The notes: generated by a model not told the origin, from the letters alone. Counted from the first letter of the stretch, positions 22,124 through 32,921 are shown. The stretch is 34,485 bases of DNA from Gammaproteobacteria bacterium (GCA_002717305.1 PBDH01000019.1:15537-50021); one strand, 5' to 3'. Translations and numbers: made by a program.

Positions 22124-23866
22124 ATGAAGGACGCTGTCGCTGCGCTATTCGAAAAGGCGCTCGATCAACTCGTAGAAGAAGGCATCATTCAGGTAACTGA
22201 TCGAAAGCCTGTGAAGATCGAAAATACTCGCGATCCCGCGCATGGGGATTTAGCCACGAATATTGCCATGTTACACGCTAAAAGCGCCCAAATGGCTGCG
22301 CGCGCGATTGCCGAACTTATCATCGATAAGCTACCCCCATCCGAGATGATCCGTCACGCAGAAATTGCAGGTCCTGGGTTTATCAACCTGTATTTAGCGC
22401 AAAAAATCACTTTCGAACCGGTAATCAGTTGTCTCAAGCACAACAAAAAATACGGGAATCATGGAGGCACTAACGAGCGGATCCAGATTGAATATGTATC
22501 GGCCAATCCGACGGGGCCCTTGCATGTCGGTCATGGGCGAGGGGCCGCATATGGCGCCACACTTGTGAACCTGTTGAATGCTCGTGGACATGACGTGGAA
22601 GCAGAATATTATGTCAATGACGCAGGCCGACAGATGGACATTTTGGCTGTAAGTGTTTTTTTACGTTATCTGGAAAATGCTGGCCAATGTATTAGTTTTC
22701 CAACAGCAGGCTACCGAGGTGATTACATCACAGATCTCGGTAATAGGTTGTTACAGAATTCAAGTATTTCGCCACAGATCACATTTAATGAACTACTACA
22801 AAATGTGATAGCCGACACTGAGGAAACAAAGGATGCACATATTGACGGGCTGATCAAGAATACTAAGCATTGCCTTGGTGAGGAATGGCGGCAGCCATTC
22901 AATCTCGCGCTCGCCGCAATTCTGTCTGATATTAAAAGTGATCTATCTGAGTTTGGTGCAACCTTCGATCAGTGGTTCAGTGAAAAATCACTTGTGGAGT
23001 CAGGTGAGGTCGATGCAGTGATTGCGACACTCGAGGACCGAGGACATCTCTATGAAAAAGCTGGTGCTTTGTGGTTCAAGTCCACAAACTTTGGTGATGA
23101 CAAGGACCGTGTGATTCGCAAAGACAACGGCGAGACTACCTACTTTACAAGCGATATCGCCTACATTGCCAACAAATTAACACGTGGATTTAACCGAATT
23201 ATTTACATCTGGGGCTCTGATCACCATGGTTATATAGTTCGAATAAAGGCAGCTGCCCAAGCACTCGGTTTTAACCCAGAGCGACTGACAATCCGATTGG
23301 TACAGTTTGCAAATTTGTATAAAGATGGTGAGCGCCTGCAAATGTCGACACGTTCGGGCTCTTTCGTGACCTTAAGGGCACTGAGGGCCGAGATTGGCCG
23401 AGATGCCTGTCGCTATTTCTATGTAATGCGGAAGGCAGATCAGCACCTTGATTTCGATTTATCACTTGCCACCAGCCAATCAAAAGATAATCCGGTATAT
23501 TACGTACAATATGCTCACGCACGAATATGTCGAGTATTTGAAAGCATTGATGAAACACCATTTGATCAAACCCGTGGCATAAACCACTTGACAGATTTAA
23601 CAACCCAGGAAGAGCTCGATTTAGCGACCACTATTGGTCTATTTCCTGAGGTTGTTAAAAGGGCAGCGGATGGACTGGAAGCCCACCTTGTTTGCTACTA
23701 CCTGCAGGATTTAGCGGCTGATTTCCACAGATGGTACAACGGTAACAGGCTGTTGGTAGAGACATTAGAAGTCAGAGATGCAAGGCTTGCGCTTGCAAAG
23801 GCCGTACAGATTGTCATTCGGAACGGACTTGCTTTGCTTGGCGTCAGTGCTCCGAGGTCGATGTAA
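22124..23866 (+). CDS. argS: Arginine--tRNA ligase
   Basis: EYVSANPTGPLHVGHGRGA, YYVNDAGRQ, WGSDHHGY, MSTRSG, NPVYYVQYAHAR and GVSAPRSM. Confidence 0.98.
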   Translation: MKDAVAALFEKALDQLVEEGIIQVTDRKPVKIENTRDPAHGDLATNIAMLHAKSAQMAARAIAELIIDKLPPSEMIRHAEIAGPGFINLYLAQKITFEPVISCLKHNKKYGNHGGTNERIQIEYVSANPTGPLHVGHGRGAAYGATLVNLLNARGHDVEAEYYVNDAGRQMDILAVSVFLRYLENAGQCISFPTAGYRGDYITDLGNRLLQNSSISPQITFNELLQNVIADTEETKDAHIDGLIKNTKHCLGEEWRQPFNLALAAILSDIKSDLSEFGATFDQWFSEKSLVESGEVDAVIATLEDRGHLYEKAGALWFKSTNFGDDKDRVIRKDNGETTYFTSDIAYIANKLTRGFNRIIYIWGSDHHGYIVRIKAAAQALGFNPERLTIRLVQFANLYKDGERLQMSTRSGSFVTLRALRAEIGRDACRYFYVMRKADQHLDFDLSLATSQSKDNPVYYVQYAHARICRVFESIDETPFDQTRGINHLTDLTTQEELDLATTIGLFPEVVKRAADGLEAHLVCYYLQDLAADFHRWYNGNRLLVETLEVRDARLALAKAVQIVIRNGLALLGVSAPRSM

Positions 23867-24459
23867 TGCGTGATTACTCGACGCAAGCATCGCGACATCG
23901 CCGAATTGGAAAGAAGGCTTCTAGCACTGCGGCTGGGGTTACCTTGAGCATCGTTTTGCTCGGTGTCGTCGCCGTGAGTCTCATTTGGTTGAGCCAAAAT
24001 GCCAATGAGGTAGAAAAGACAAATACGCCTCAACCGGCATTGTCTTCGCCAACAAATCAAATATCTTCAACGAAAGGTCCTAAGGCAGCAGAAAACGCCA
24101 TTGCAGTTGAACAAGAGATTCCAGAAGCACCGGACAACTTTTATACCTTCTACGAGTTGTTGATTTCTGGTGAAGTCCCCATTGATACAGAAGAAGGGGT
24201 GGCAGGCGATGAAGCCGCCGCTGAGAAGTTGAAGAGCAAGATTATTCAGGTCGCCTCATTCAGAGACGCAAAGGCGGCAGAAGACGCCAGGATCACATTA
24301 CTGTTTTTAGACTTAAAAGCACGAGTGATCCCTCCAAGTCAAACCAACGGCGGATGGTATCGAATAACACTTGGGCCCTTTAAAACTATTCGTGACATGC
24401 AGGCGACGGTCGATACACTTACAAAAAATGGTTATAACGCGCTTGTTCGAAAGGAATAA
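23866..24459 (+). CDS. ftsN: SPOR-domain cell division protein (FtsN-like)
   Basis: MRDY N-terminus, single TM, YTFYELL motif, and C-terminal SPOR (IQVASFR...WYRITLGPF). Located between argS and hslV. Confidence 0.75.
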   Translation: MRDYSTQASRHRRIGKKASSTAAGVTLSIVLLGVVAVSLIWLSQNANEVEKTNTPQPALSSPTNQISSTKGPKAAENAIAVEQEIPEAPDNFYTFYELLISGEVPIDTEEGVAGDEAAAEKLKSKIIQVASFRDAKAAEDARITLLFLDLKARVIPPSQTNGGWYRITLGPFKTIRDMQATVDTLTKNGYNALVRKE

Positions 24460-24461
24460 AA

Positions 24462-25010
24462 ATGGAGCAATTTCACGGGACAACGATTGTATCGGTCAGA
24501 CGAGGTGATCAGGTCTGTATCGGTGGTGACGGACAAGTCACCTTAGGCAATACCGTGATGAAAGGCAACGCTCGGAAAGTAAGACGGCTTTATCACAATC
24601 AAGTCCTCGCTGGATTTGCTGGCGGCACCGCTGATGCCTTCACTCTGTTTGAGCGCTTTGATGCAAAGCTCGAGAAGCATCAAGGAAATCTGACCAGAGC
24701 AGCGGTGGAACTGGCAAAAGACTGGCGACAAGACCGCATGCTTCGCAGATTAGAGGCAATTTTAGCGGTTGCAGATATAGAAACATCTCTGATTATTACC
24801 GGTAACGGAGATGTCATGGAGCCAGAGAATGGAATTATTGCCGTTGGATCTGGAGGGCCATTTGCGCAGGCCGCGGCACTTACACTTCTTCGAAATTCCA
24901 AACTTCCGGCACGTACCATCGTTGAAGAGGCACTAAAAGCCGCTGGCGAGATCTGCATATATACAAATAACAATTTCACGATCGATGAACTGAACGCAAC
25001 CCATGACTGA
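24462..25010 (+). CDS. hslV: ATP-dependent protease peptidase subunit HslV
   Basis: GTTIVSVRR (catalytic Thr after a short propeptide), [19 protein letters not shown] and ICIYTN. Confidence 0.97.
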   Translation: MEQFHGTTIVSVRRGDQVCIGGDGQVTLGNTVMKGNARKVRRLYHNQVLAGFAGGTADAFTLFERFDAKLEKHQGNLTRAAVELAKDWRQDRMLRRLEAILAVADIETSLIITGNGDVMEPENGIIAVGSGGPFAQAAALTLLRNSKLPARTIVEEALKAAGEICIYTNNNFTIDELNATHD

Positions 25011-26325
25011 CCTTTCACCGCAAGAAATCGTATCGCAACTTGATCGGCATATTATTGGTCAAGCCGATGCCAAACGAGCTGTAGCAATCGCCCTACGCAA
25101 CCGTTGGCGCCGGATGAGGCTCTCATCAGAATTAGCCCAAGAAGTCACACCGAAAAATATCTTGATGATCGGCCCCACTGGTGTAGGCAAAACCGAAATT
25201 GCGAGACGTCTGGCCCGACTTGCCGAGGCGCCATTTATTAAGATTGAAGCGACAAAATTCACCGAAGTCGGCTATGTGGGCCGCGATGTTGAATCAATTA
25301 TCCGCGATCTCCTCGGTGTTGCGATTAAGGATGAACGCGAACGTCTTCTACTCAATGTACGTGACCATGCGGAAGATCGAGCCGAAGAACGCATCCTCGA
25401 TATTTTGCTTCCGCCACCGCGAGGCGATCAACCGATTCATTCTGATAACAATAGTGCCCGTCAGGTCTTTCGAAAGAAACTGAGAGAAGGTGAGTTAGAT
25501 GACAAGGAAATTGAAATCGATGTCAAAGCATCGGGCGTTGGAGTCGATATATTAACACCTCCAGGTATGGAAGACATGGCAAGCCAACTGCAAGATATGT
25601 TTTCCAAACTCGGCCAAGAAAATACAAAGCGTCGGAAACTGCCAATTCAGGATGCATACAAGATAATCATTGATGAAGAAGCAGCCCGCTTAATCTCCGA
25701 AGAAGATGTCAAGTCAACGGCCATTACCAACGTTGAAAGCCGCGGAATAGTCTTTTTAGATGAAATCGATAAGGTGTGTCGCCGTGAAAACACCCAAGGC
25801 GCAGATGTTAGTCGCGAGGGCGTCCAACGCGACTTGCTGCCTTTGATCGAAGGAACAACAGTGCAAACCAAATTTGGATCTGTCAAAACTGATCACATTT
25901 TGTTTATCGCCTCTGGGGCATTTCATTTGTCAAAGCCATCAGATCTTGTTCCAGAATTGCAAGGTCGGCTACCTATTCGTGTTGAACTCGACGCACTGAA
26001 GCCTGACGACTTCGCCCGTATTCTCACTGAGCCAGATCATTCTCTTGTGACACAGTACAAAGCACTTCTGCAAACCGACGGCATTACTATTGAATTTGCA
26101 GATAGCAGTATCGACGCGATCGCAGAAATTGCCGCCCGTGTAAACGAGAAAACTGAGAATATAGGAGCTAGGCGTTTGCATACACTAGTTGAGCGGCTTC
26201 TGGAAGATTTGTTATTCCAAACTGGCCAGATAGCCACTAAACCAGTAACAATCGATCGAAAATATGTCGAGTCGCGCCTAACAGAACTGAGTCAAGATGA
26301 AGATTTGTCACAGTTCATCCTATGA
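25003..26325 (+). CDS. hslU: ATP-dependent protease ATPase subunit HslU
   Basis: [12 protein letters not shown] pore loop, [17 protein letters not shown] and C-terminal DLSQFIL. Confidence 0.98.
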   Translation: MTDLSPQEIVSQLDRHIIGQADAKRAVAIALRNRWRRMRLSSELAQEVTPKNILMIGPTGVGKTEIARRLARLAEAPFIKIEATKFTEVGYVGRDVESIIRDLLGVAIKDERERLLLNVRDHAEDRAEERILDILLPPPRGDQPIHSDNNSARQVFRKKLREGELDDKEIEIDVKASGVGVDILTPPGMEDMASQLQDMFSKLGQENTKRRKLPIQDAYKIIIDEEAARLISEEDVKSTAITNVESRGIVFLDEIDKVCRRENTQGADVSREGVQRDLLPLIEGTTVQTKFGSVKTDHILFIASGAFHLSKPSDLVPELQGRLPIRVELDALKPDDFARILTEPDHSLVTQYKALLQTDGITIEFADSSIDAIAEIAARVNEKTENIGARRLHTLVERLLEDLLFQTGQIATKPVTIDRKYVESRLTELSQDEDLSQFIL

Positions 26326-26331
26326 GGTGAT

Positions 26332-27075
26332 ATGAAAAAGACTACATATTTCGGATTCAAAAAGGTCCCCATCGAGGAAAAAACCTACCGCGTTCGAAAA
26401 GTCTTCGATAACGTCGCAACGCGGTACGATCTGATGAATGACTTAATGTCTGCCGGCCTGCATCGCATATGGAAACGCGTAGCCATAGAGACAATCGCAA
26501 TTAGGCCAAGAATGCAGATTCTCGACCTCGCATCAGGTACTGGTGATTTAGCGCGTGAAATGTGGCGGCGAGCTGGCTCTGAAGGTCATGTCGTCATGGC
26601 TGATATCAATGAAAGGATGCTCCACGTCGGTCGGAATAAATGTATCGATAATGGCGAGCTAAAGGGTCTTAGTTGGTGCCAGTGTGATGCAGAAGCACTG
26701 CCATATCCGAATGAAACATTTGATAGAGTGGTGATCGGATTTGGTCTTCGAAACGTCACAGACAAAGACGCTGCTCTTCGCGAGATGCATCGGATTCTTA
26801 AGCCAAATGGCAAAGCACTGGTTCTCGAATTCTCAAAACCAGTCTCTGCGTCACTTTCGCAACTTTACGACGTCTACAGTTTTGCGGTACTACCAGCTAT
26901 GGGCCATTTTATCGCGCAGGATAAGGAAGCATATCAATACTTAGCCGAATCAATTCGAAAGCATCCTGACCAAGATACGCTTGCAGGAATGATGAGAGAA
27001 GCCGATTTTGAATCTGTCACTTACACAAATTTAACTGGGGGTATCGTAGCAATTCATACCGGGGCAAAAGTATGA
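26332..27075 (+). CDS. ubiE: Ubiquinone/menaquinone C-methyltransferase
   Basis: YDLMNDLMSAGLHRIWK, LDLASGTGD, FGLRNV and YLAESIR. Confidence 0.97.
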   Translation: MKKTTYFGFKKVPIEEKTYRVRKVFDNVATRYDLMNDLMSAGLHRIWKRVAIETIAIRPRMQILDLASGTGDLAREMWRRAGSEGHVVMADINERMLHVGRNKCIDNGELKGLSWCQCDAEALPYPNETFDRVVIGFGLRNVTDKDAALREMHRILKPNGKALVLEFSKPVSASLSQLYDVYSFAVLPAMGHFIAQDKEAYQYLAESIRKHPDQDTLAGMMREADFESVTYTNLTGGIVAIHTGAKV

Positions 27076-27695
27076 TTGCGCGCCTCATGATTGCAGGCCT
27101 CGTTACCGCTTCTGAACAGGTGATTACTGCAGGTATGCGCGCAGCAGATATTAAGCCCGACCAACTGGCCCCCATGGTTGGTAAGGTTCTGAAAGTGAGA
27201 ATTACTGATCTCGATCTTGATATTTGGATTAGTTGCGGAGAAGAACGCTGGTGGCTAGCAACAGAACCACAGGATAGTGCAGATGTAGAACTATCTGGAA
27301 CCCTTGGGAGCCTTATCGAAACAGCTAAGGCTCTTACGCAATCTAGCGCACCTCTAATTTTCGAAGGTCTCGACATCCGCGGTAGCGTGGGCGTCCTTCA
27401 AACCATGCAGAAAACTTTTCAGGACATAGATCTAGATTGGGAGGACGTGGCTACAAGAGCGCTAGGGCCGGTCCCAGCTAACCTACTAATAAAAACGCTA
27501 CGAACAGCCAAAGCGCAATGGTTGACGAGCCGGGCATCGCTCAAAAGGCAAACCGATGAATATTTTCAATCTGAGCAAAGTGCTCTAATCACCTCTGACT
27601 TATTTTTAGATATGGGAAAAAGGACAACCTCGCTGACACGACAAATTGACCGGCTCGATGCACGTTTAAAACGCATTGAGGGGCAACATGGGTAG
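27072..27695 (+). CDS. ubiJ: Ubiquinone biosynthesis accessory factor UbiJ (SCP2 domain)
   Basis: Lies between ubiE and ubiB; DLDWED motif and C-terminal coiled coil IDRLDARLKRIE. Confidence 0.85.
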   Translation: MIARLMIAGLVTASEQVITAGMRAADIKPDQLAPMVGKVLKVRITDLDLDIWISCGEERWWLATEPQDSADVELSGTLGSLIETAKALTQSSAPLIFEGLDIRGSVGVLQTMQKTFQDIDLDWEDVATRALGPVPANLLIKTLRTAKAQWLTSRASLKRQTDEYFQSEQSALITSDLFLDMGKRTTSLTRQIDRLDARLKRIEGQHG

Positions 27696-29307
27696 CTCGT
27701 TCCGCTTATTAAAAATTCTTAGGGTTTTGTTTTCAGAGAGAATAGATGAACTATTACCTCAGCCTAAGCGTCGTTTCCTAAAAGCTTTAGCATGGTGCGC
27801 CCCTTCAGTACGTGCTAAGCGTAACCGTGGTGAGCGCTTAAGAGATGCCTTACAGACGCTGGGACCTGTATTTGTTAAATTTGGGCAGATGCTGTCTACA
27901 CGTCGAGACCTACTTCCACCAGATATCGCAGGCCCGCTAGCTGAGCTCCAAGATAGGGTGAAACCTTTCTCTGAAAAAGTGTCAAGATCAATTATAGAAA
28001 CTGATCTTGATTGCTCGATTCATGAAATCTTTAGTGAATTTTCGTCAGAAGTTATGGCGTCCGCATCCGTCGCTCAGGTTCATGCGGCACGACTGAAGAC
28101 AGGCGAGAACGTCATTGTCAAGGTGATTCGTCCAGGTATTGAAAAAGTCATCGAAGAGGACCTCAAACTCATGATGACCATCGCCAAGTTTGTTGAAAAG
28201 AATTTCATTGATGGAAAGCGGCTTAAGCTAGTTCAAGTCGTATCAGACTACCGCATGACCATCCTAGACGAGCTCGATCTGATGCGTGAAGCCGCGAATA
28301 CAGCTTTAATCCGACGAAACTTTATAGACTCACCGATCTGCTATGTGCCAAAAATTTACTGGGATTACACACGTCGTAATGTGATGGTAGAAGAGCGAGT
28401 CTACGGGATACCAATTTCACGGATTGACATTTTCAAAGACAAAAAAGTAAACATGGAAAGATTGGCAGAACGCGGCGTTGAAATCTTCTTTACACAAGTC
28501 TTCGATCACAGCTTTTTTCATGCTGACATGCACCCCGGAAATGTATTCGTAGATATTTCAGATCCGGAAAATCCTGTTTATAAAGCAGTTGACTTTGGGA
28601 TCGTCGGAACACTTGATCCAACGTCACAGGCATATCTCGCGCAGAATCTGATTGCCTTTTTTGACCGAGACTACCGTGCGGTTGCAGAACTTCATGTCGA
28701 TTCAGGATGGGTGCCGAAGGATACTAATATCAGCGATTTCGAGGGTGCTATCCGAACTGTTTGCGAGCCGATTTTCCAAAAACCTTTGGGAGAGATCAGC
28801 TTTGGGATCTTATTAATTCGCTTGTTTGAGGTCGCAAGGCGATTCCAAATGGAAGTACAACCACAACTCATTTTATTACAAAAAACTCTCCTAAACATCG
28901 AAGGGCTTGGCCGCGAGCTCTACCCAGAACTTGATCTTTGGAAAACAGGAAAACCATTCCTCGACCGCTGGGTAAAGGAGCGCTTGGGGCCACGTGGGAT
29001 CATAGAATATGCCAAACGAAATTTATCTCGATGGGCGGTTCAGTTCCCCGCGGTCACAAATACAATTCTGTCTACACCCGAGCGATTAGAGCGCTTGGAG
29101 TCGATACAAAAGAAACAAGCAAAATCGCTATCCCGAATCGCAGTGGAAGCAAAGAATCGAAGACTTTCAGGACGGATCAGCACTGCGCTCGGTGTATTAG
29201 GTCTCATTATCTCAGGGTCAGCACTCATTGCTGAGTATGATTGGTTAGCTATGTATTGGCCTCTAACGATCGCTGTATTGTCGTTAACGCTCTTGGTAAG
29301 GCGATAA
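27688..29307 (+). CDS. ubiB: Ubiquinone biosynthesis atypical kinase UbiB
   Basis: LGPVFVKFGQMLSTRRD, ASASVAQVH, FFHADMHPGN, DFG and C-terminal TM helices. Probable start is ATG 27688. Confidence 0.96.
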   Translation: MGSSFRLLKILRVLFSERIDELLPQPKRRFLKALAWCAPSVRAKRNRGERLRDALQTLGPVFVKFGQMLSTRRDLLPPDIAGPLAELQDRVKPFSEKVSRSIIETDLDCSIHEIFSEFSSEVMASASVAQVHAARLKTGENVIVKVIRPGIEKVIEEDLKLMMTIAKFVEKNFIDGKRLKLVQVVSDYRMTILDELDLMREAANTALIRRNFIDSPICYVPKIYWDYTRRNVMVEERVYGIPISRIDIFKDKKVNMERLAERGVEIFFTQVFDHSFFHADMHPGNVFVDISDPENPVYKAVDFGIVGTLDPTSQAYLAQNLIAFFDRDYRAVAELHVDSGWVPKDTNISDFEGAIRTVCEPIFQKPLGEISFGILLIRLFEVARRFQMEVQPQLILLQKTLLNIEGLGRELYPELDLWKTGKPFLDRWVKERLGPRGIIEYAKRNLSRWAVQFPAVTNTILSTPERLERLESIQKKQAKSLSRIAVEAKNRRLSGRISTALGVLGLIISGSALIAEYDWLAMYWPLTIAVLSLTLLVRR

Positions 29308-29309
29308 TA

Positions 29310-29726
29310 ATGGAAATCAAAGAAAAAAATCACAGAAAACGGCTGCTCGATAACGTTTGCTTCAATGCCGACGGTTTGATAAGCGCGATCGCTCAAGATC
29401 ACAATACGAAAACTATCCTAATGGTTGCTTGGATGAACCGCGTAGCGCTGGAACAAACTTTAGCGACAGGAAATGTGGTCTACTACTCACGTTCTCGTAA
29501 AACGCTCTGGCGGAAGGGTGAGACGTCAGGTCAAACGCAGCACTTAATCAACATACGGATCGATTGTGATAGAGATGCAATCCTTTTGGATGTCCTGCAA
29601 GCAGGAGTGGCGTGTCACACCGGTAGAAAGAGTTGTTTTTCATGGGCGCCGAGCAAAGACGGCGCGTGGGAACCGGTAGAGCCCGTAGAAATTGACCCGA
29701 ATTTGTTATATAGGGGTGACCAATGA
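29310..29726 (+). CDS. hisI: Phosphoribosyl-AMP cyclohydrolase
   Basis: YYSRSR, LWRKGETSG, DCDRD and ACHTGRKSCF. Probable start is ATG 29310. Confidence 0.95.
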   Translation: MEIKEKNHRKRLLDNVCFNADGLISAIAQDHNTKTILMVAWMNRVALEQTLATGNVVYYSRSRKTLWRKGETSGQTQHLINIRIDCDRDAILLDVLQAGVACHTGRKSCFSWAPSKDGAWEPVEPVEIDPNLLYRGDQ

Positions 29727-30058
29727 CAGTGATAGAAATCCTCGAGGATCTATTAGCAGAGCGCCGTTTTGGTGATCCGGAGAAATCCTACGTCTCTAAA
29801 CTGCACCATAAAGGCCTCGACCACATACTGAAGAAAGTAGGTGAGGAATCAACAGAAGTTGTTATGGCCGCGAAAGATGCCTCGCGCTCGAAAAATAATG
29901 GTGACGTAATCCACGAGGTAGCTGACCTTTGGTTCCACACTCTTGTTTTGCTGTCACATCTAGAAGAACCTCCAAGCGCTGTCTTAGCGGAGCTCGAGAA
30001 GCGTCTAGGCGTCGGTGGACTCTTAGAGAAGGCAAATCGAGCCGATAGTCATGGCTGA
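29723..30058 (+). CDS. hisE: Phosphoribosyl-ATP pyrophosphatase
   Basis: SYVSKL, KKVGEE and EVADLWFH. Confidence 0.95.
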   Translation: MTVIEILEDLLAERRFGDPEKSYVSKLHHKGLDHILKKVGEESTEVVMAAKDASRSKNNGDVIHEVADLWFHTLVLLSHLEEPPSAVLAELEKRLGVGGLLEKANRADSHG

Positions 30059-30389
30059 GTGTCTTTTTTGTAAAATTCGTGACGGCGAAGTGCCAGCAGA
30101 TATCATATTTGAAGATGATGAGTGTCTGGCGTTTCGCGATATTAATCCAAAGGCCCCCGTCCATTTTTTAGTAATCCCACGTCGTCACATCGCCAATTTG
30201 TGGGATGCGAAGACCTCTGACGAGGGTCTTCTGGGACGAATCCAACTTATGATTCCTAAAATTGCAAAGGATCAAAGACTAGATTCAGGATTCAGAACAG
30301 TGTTGAATACGGGACCCGGAGGTCATCAAGAAGTGTATCACATACACTACCATGTCCTTGGGGGCGGCCCGTTTACCGGATTTAATTAA
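30051..30389 (+). CDS. hinT: Histidine triad nucleotide-binding protein (HinT-like)
   Basis: CLFCKI, AFRDINP and the HxHxH motif in HIHYHVLGG. Confidence 0.9.
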   Translation: MAECLFCKIRDGEVPADIIFEDDECLAFRDINPKAPVHFLVIPRRHIANLWDAKTSDEGLLGRIQLMIPKIAKDQRLDSGFRTVLNTGPGGHQEVYHIHYHVLGGGPFTGFN

Positions 30390-30420
30390 CAAAATACATA
30401 CAGAAAAATAGGAGCCCGTT

Positions 30421-30693
30421 ATGGGAATTGGTGGTATCAGTATTTGGCAGTTATTGATTATCTTGGCCATCGTGATCATGATTTTTGGAACCAAGAAACT
30501 TAAGTCGCTAGGAGCTGATTTGGGTAGTGCAGTCAAGGGATTCCGGCAGTCAGTGACAGATAAATCGGAAGACAAAGGCGCCGACGAGAGCGCCCAAGCC
30601 GCAACGGAAGACATCGTCCAGCACAGCGAATCTGACAAAACGCAGGCAAAAAAGCAGACCAAAGCGAAAGAGAAAGAGAAAGAGAAAGTCTAA
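30421..30693 (+). CDS. tatA: Sec-independent translocase subunit TatA
   Basis: [22 protein letters not shown]...[12 protein letters not shown]; AGGAG SD. Confidence 0.96.
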   Translation: MGIGGISIWQLLIILAIVIMIFGTKKLKSLGADLGSAVKGFRQSVTDKSEDKGADESAQAATEDIVQHSESDKTQAKKQTKAKEKEKEKV

Positions 30694-30999
30694 GTGTTGG
30701 ATATCGGTGCGACCGAGCTGCTGCTTGTCGCGATCATTGGTCTTGTTGTCGTTGGTCCTGAGCGACTTCCTAGGTTAGCTAGGACACTCGGTCTGTGGGT
30801 CAAGCGGTTACGAGGTCAAGTCTCGTCTATCCAAAGAGACATCAATCGAGAGCTCGAGCTCGAAGATCTAAAGCGCCAACTCGAGGCTCGTGGCGGAGGC
30901 CTGAAGATGGAGGACATCACAGGCGAAGACCCACTCGATCTTAAACAAACACCCACTAAAACAATTACGGAAAATAATGAGCGATCCAAGTCTGAATGA
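30694..30999 (+). CDS. tatB: Sec-independent translocase subunit TatB
   Basis: MLDIGATELLLVAIIGLVVVGPERLP; the GTG start directly follows the tatA TAA. Confidence 0.93.
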   Translation: MLDIGATELLLVAIIGLVVVGPERLPRLARTLGLWVKRLRGQVSSIQRDINRELELEDLKRQLEARGGGLKMEDITGEDPLDLKQTPTKTITENNERSKSE

Positions 31000-31933
31000 T
31001 CAGCCTCTGATCGTCCATCTGATAGAACTTCGCGATCGACTAATCCGAATACTAGTTGTGATTCTGGCGTTCTTTCTCGCCTTTATTGCTTTTGCAAACG
31101 ATTTATATGCGTATCTAGCTGAGCCACTGCAATCGTTATTGCCTGAGGGCGCCTCGATGATTGCGACGCAGGTGGCTTCGCCTTTCCTCGCTCCCTTTAA
31201 ACTCGCTCTCTATTTAAGTGTTTACTGTGGTGCACCCATGATTCTCTATCAAGTCTGGGGCTTTATTGCGCCAGGGCTTTACGCCAAAGAAAAGAAAATT
31301 GCAGGTCCCCTTCTTATTTCAAGCATTTTCCTTTTCTATGCCGGTATGGCTTTTGCGTATTATGCCGTTTTTCCGCTGGTTTTCGGATTTTTTACAACTA
31401 TAGGACCCACCGGGGTGACCGTTATGACGGACATCGACGCATATTTGTCGTTTGTCTTGAAATTATTTTTAGCTTTTGGGTTAGCATTCGAAATCCCCGT
31501 CGCAACCATGCTTCTAGTTAAGGCCGGCATAGCCTCACCCGAATCGTTAAAACAAAAACGACCATATGTGTTCATAGGGTGTTTTGTTGTTGGTATGTTC
31601 ATAACCCCCCCGGATGTGATCAGTCAAACCCTTCTCGCTGTTCCAATGTGGTTACTTTTCGAAGCGGGGCTACTAGGCGCTCGTTTCGTTGGAACCTCCC
31701 AAGTTTCAAACTCGAAAGAAGACACAGAAGAAACAAGCAAACCTGAGGCTACAACACAAGTCCAAAACGAGGCGTCAGATGAAGAAGAGAAAAATAATCA
31801 CACTGACGTGTTTGATATTATGCGCGGAAGAGACGAGCCCGACGACTCACCGATCTTAGAAGAGCTCGATAAACCCGATTCTTCCGACGATTCTAGTCCA
31901 ACGGCCGGGCCCCAAAAGCCGGATCCAAGCTAG
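30977..31933 (+). CDS. tatC: Sec-independent translocase subunit TatC
   Basis: HLIELRDRL, YQVWGFIAPGLY, FEIP and TPPDVISQ, with a long acidic C-terminal tail. Confidence 0.96.
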   Translation: MSDPSLNDQPLIVHLIELRDRLIRILVVILAFFLAFIAFANDLYAYLAEPLQSLLPEGASMIATQVASPFLAPFKLALYLSVYCGAPMILYQVWGFIAPGLYAKEKKIAGPLLISSIFLFYAGMAFAYYAVFPLVFGFFTTIGPTGVTVMTDIDAYLSFVLKLFLAFGLAFEIPVATMLLVKAGIASPESLKQKRPYVFIGCFVVGMFITPPDVISQTLLAVPMWLLFEAGLLGARFVGTSQVSNSKEDTEETSKPEATTQVQNEASDEEEKNNHTDVFDIMRGRDEPDDSPILEELDKPDSSDDSSPTAGPQKPDPS

Positions 31934-32893
31934 TTAATGACCATACAAGCCAGCGAGTTCACGCGTTGCTCCACACAGGCCCTCTGCCATTCTCGGGCTG
32001 AATGCACAGTGACCTGCGCCTTCCAGTATTTCAAGTTTTATTTGGGGGAAGAGCTCCTTCAAGTGCTGGGCATTGCTCAGCGGACAGACATAATCGTTCG
32101 TCCCATGTAATAGATACATAGGGATGGCATTTAGTTCAGTGTTTGGCCGATCAAATGTTTCGGGATCAATGAAACAATATTGGCTCAAATAGTGATGTTC
32201 GATCTGCGCATTACTCAGTTCGTGGCTTGGCCGAATTTTCCTAGCCTGTGTCGCCTGTGAATCAGCGACTGATAAACGATATTCCCACAGATTCCAGGCT
32301 CGGGCCGCTTGCAAGCGCGTAAACTCATCATCGGCGTGTAAAATTTCGGCGTAAGCTTTTAGTACATCATTTATCGATCCGAGGCTGTCGCTGATTGGAG
32401 CAGTGAAATCAGCCCATGCAGCTGGAAACATACTTGATGCGCCATCGCCATAGAGCCAATGTAGGTTATATTCAGTATTTAGAAAAATGCCACGTAAAAC
32501 GATGCCGAGGCAGTGGTCGGGCTCTCGATAAGCGTAAAGTAGAGCTAGCGTTGCGCCCCAAGAACCTCCAAATAGCACATACCGAGAAAATCCATAATGC
32601 ACACGGAGTTGATCGATATCATTAAGTAATTTTTCTGTTGTGTTGACTTTAAGTGACCCAGACGGGGTTGATTTACCGCAACCACGCTGATCAAAGCATA
32701 AAATATGGTAGATTTCCGGGTCAAAGAAGCGATGCATTAGAGGCGAGGTGCCGGCACCCGGACCTCCGTGTAAACAAATAACCGGCAAGCCCCCCGGATT
32801 TCCGTACAGAGCAACCCAGAGGCGATGCTGACGGTCGCTGGTGATCAACGTCTCTTCTAAATATGGATTAGATTCCGGATATAACCTGTGCAT
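31934..32893 (-). CDS. pip: Proline iminopeptidase (alpha/beta hydrolase, S33)
   Basis: LHGGPGAG, FDQRGCGKS, nucleophile motif GGSWG, HGTND and GAGH. Probable start is ATG 32893 (MHRLYP) after AGGGGG. Confidence 0.92.
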   Translation of the reverse strand: MHRLYPESNPYLEETLITSDRQHRLWVALYGNPGGLPVICLHGGPGAGTSPLMHRFFDPEIYHILCFDQRGCGKSTPSGSLKVNTTEKLLNDIDQLRVHYGFSRYVLFGGSWGATLALLYAYREPDHCLGIVLRGIFLNTEYNLHWLYGDGASSMFPAAWADFTAPISDSLGSINDVLKAYAEILHADDEFTRLQAARAWNLWEYRLSVADSQATQARKIRPSHELSNAQIEHHYLSQYCFIDPETFDRPNTELNAIPMYLLHGTNDYVCPLSNAQHLKELFPQIKLEILEGAGHCAFSPRMAEGLCGATRELAGLYGH

Positions 32894-32919
32894 ACGCCCC
32901 CTAACGGGGCGGCATGCAC
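32888..32919 (-). promoter_or_regulatory. Hairpin sequestering the pip SD and start codon
   Basis: mRNA GUGCAUG-C-CGCCCC-GUUAG-GGGGCG-UAUGCAC gives a 13-bp stem with one bulge and one GU pair. Confidence 0.6.
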
Positions 32920-32921
32920 TC

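Noticed and set aside
24462-24482. HslV N-terminal extension MEQFHG before the catalytic Thr
   Set aside because: Short propeptides of this kind are common in proteobacterial HslV.
30661-30690. (AAAGAG)n hexamer repeat at the end of tatA as a phase-variation tract
   Set aside because: Only three perfect in-frame units encoding the charged KEKEKEK tail, so slippage would not shift the frame.
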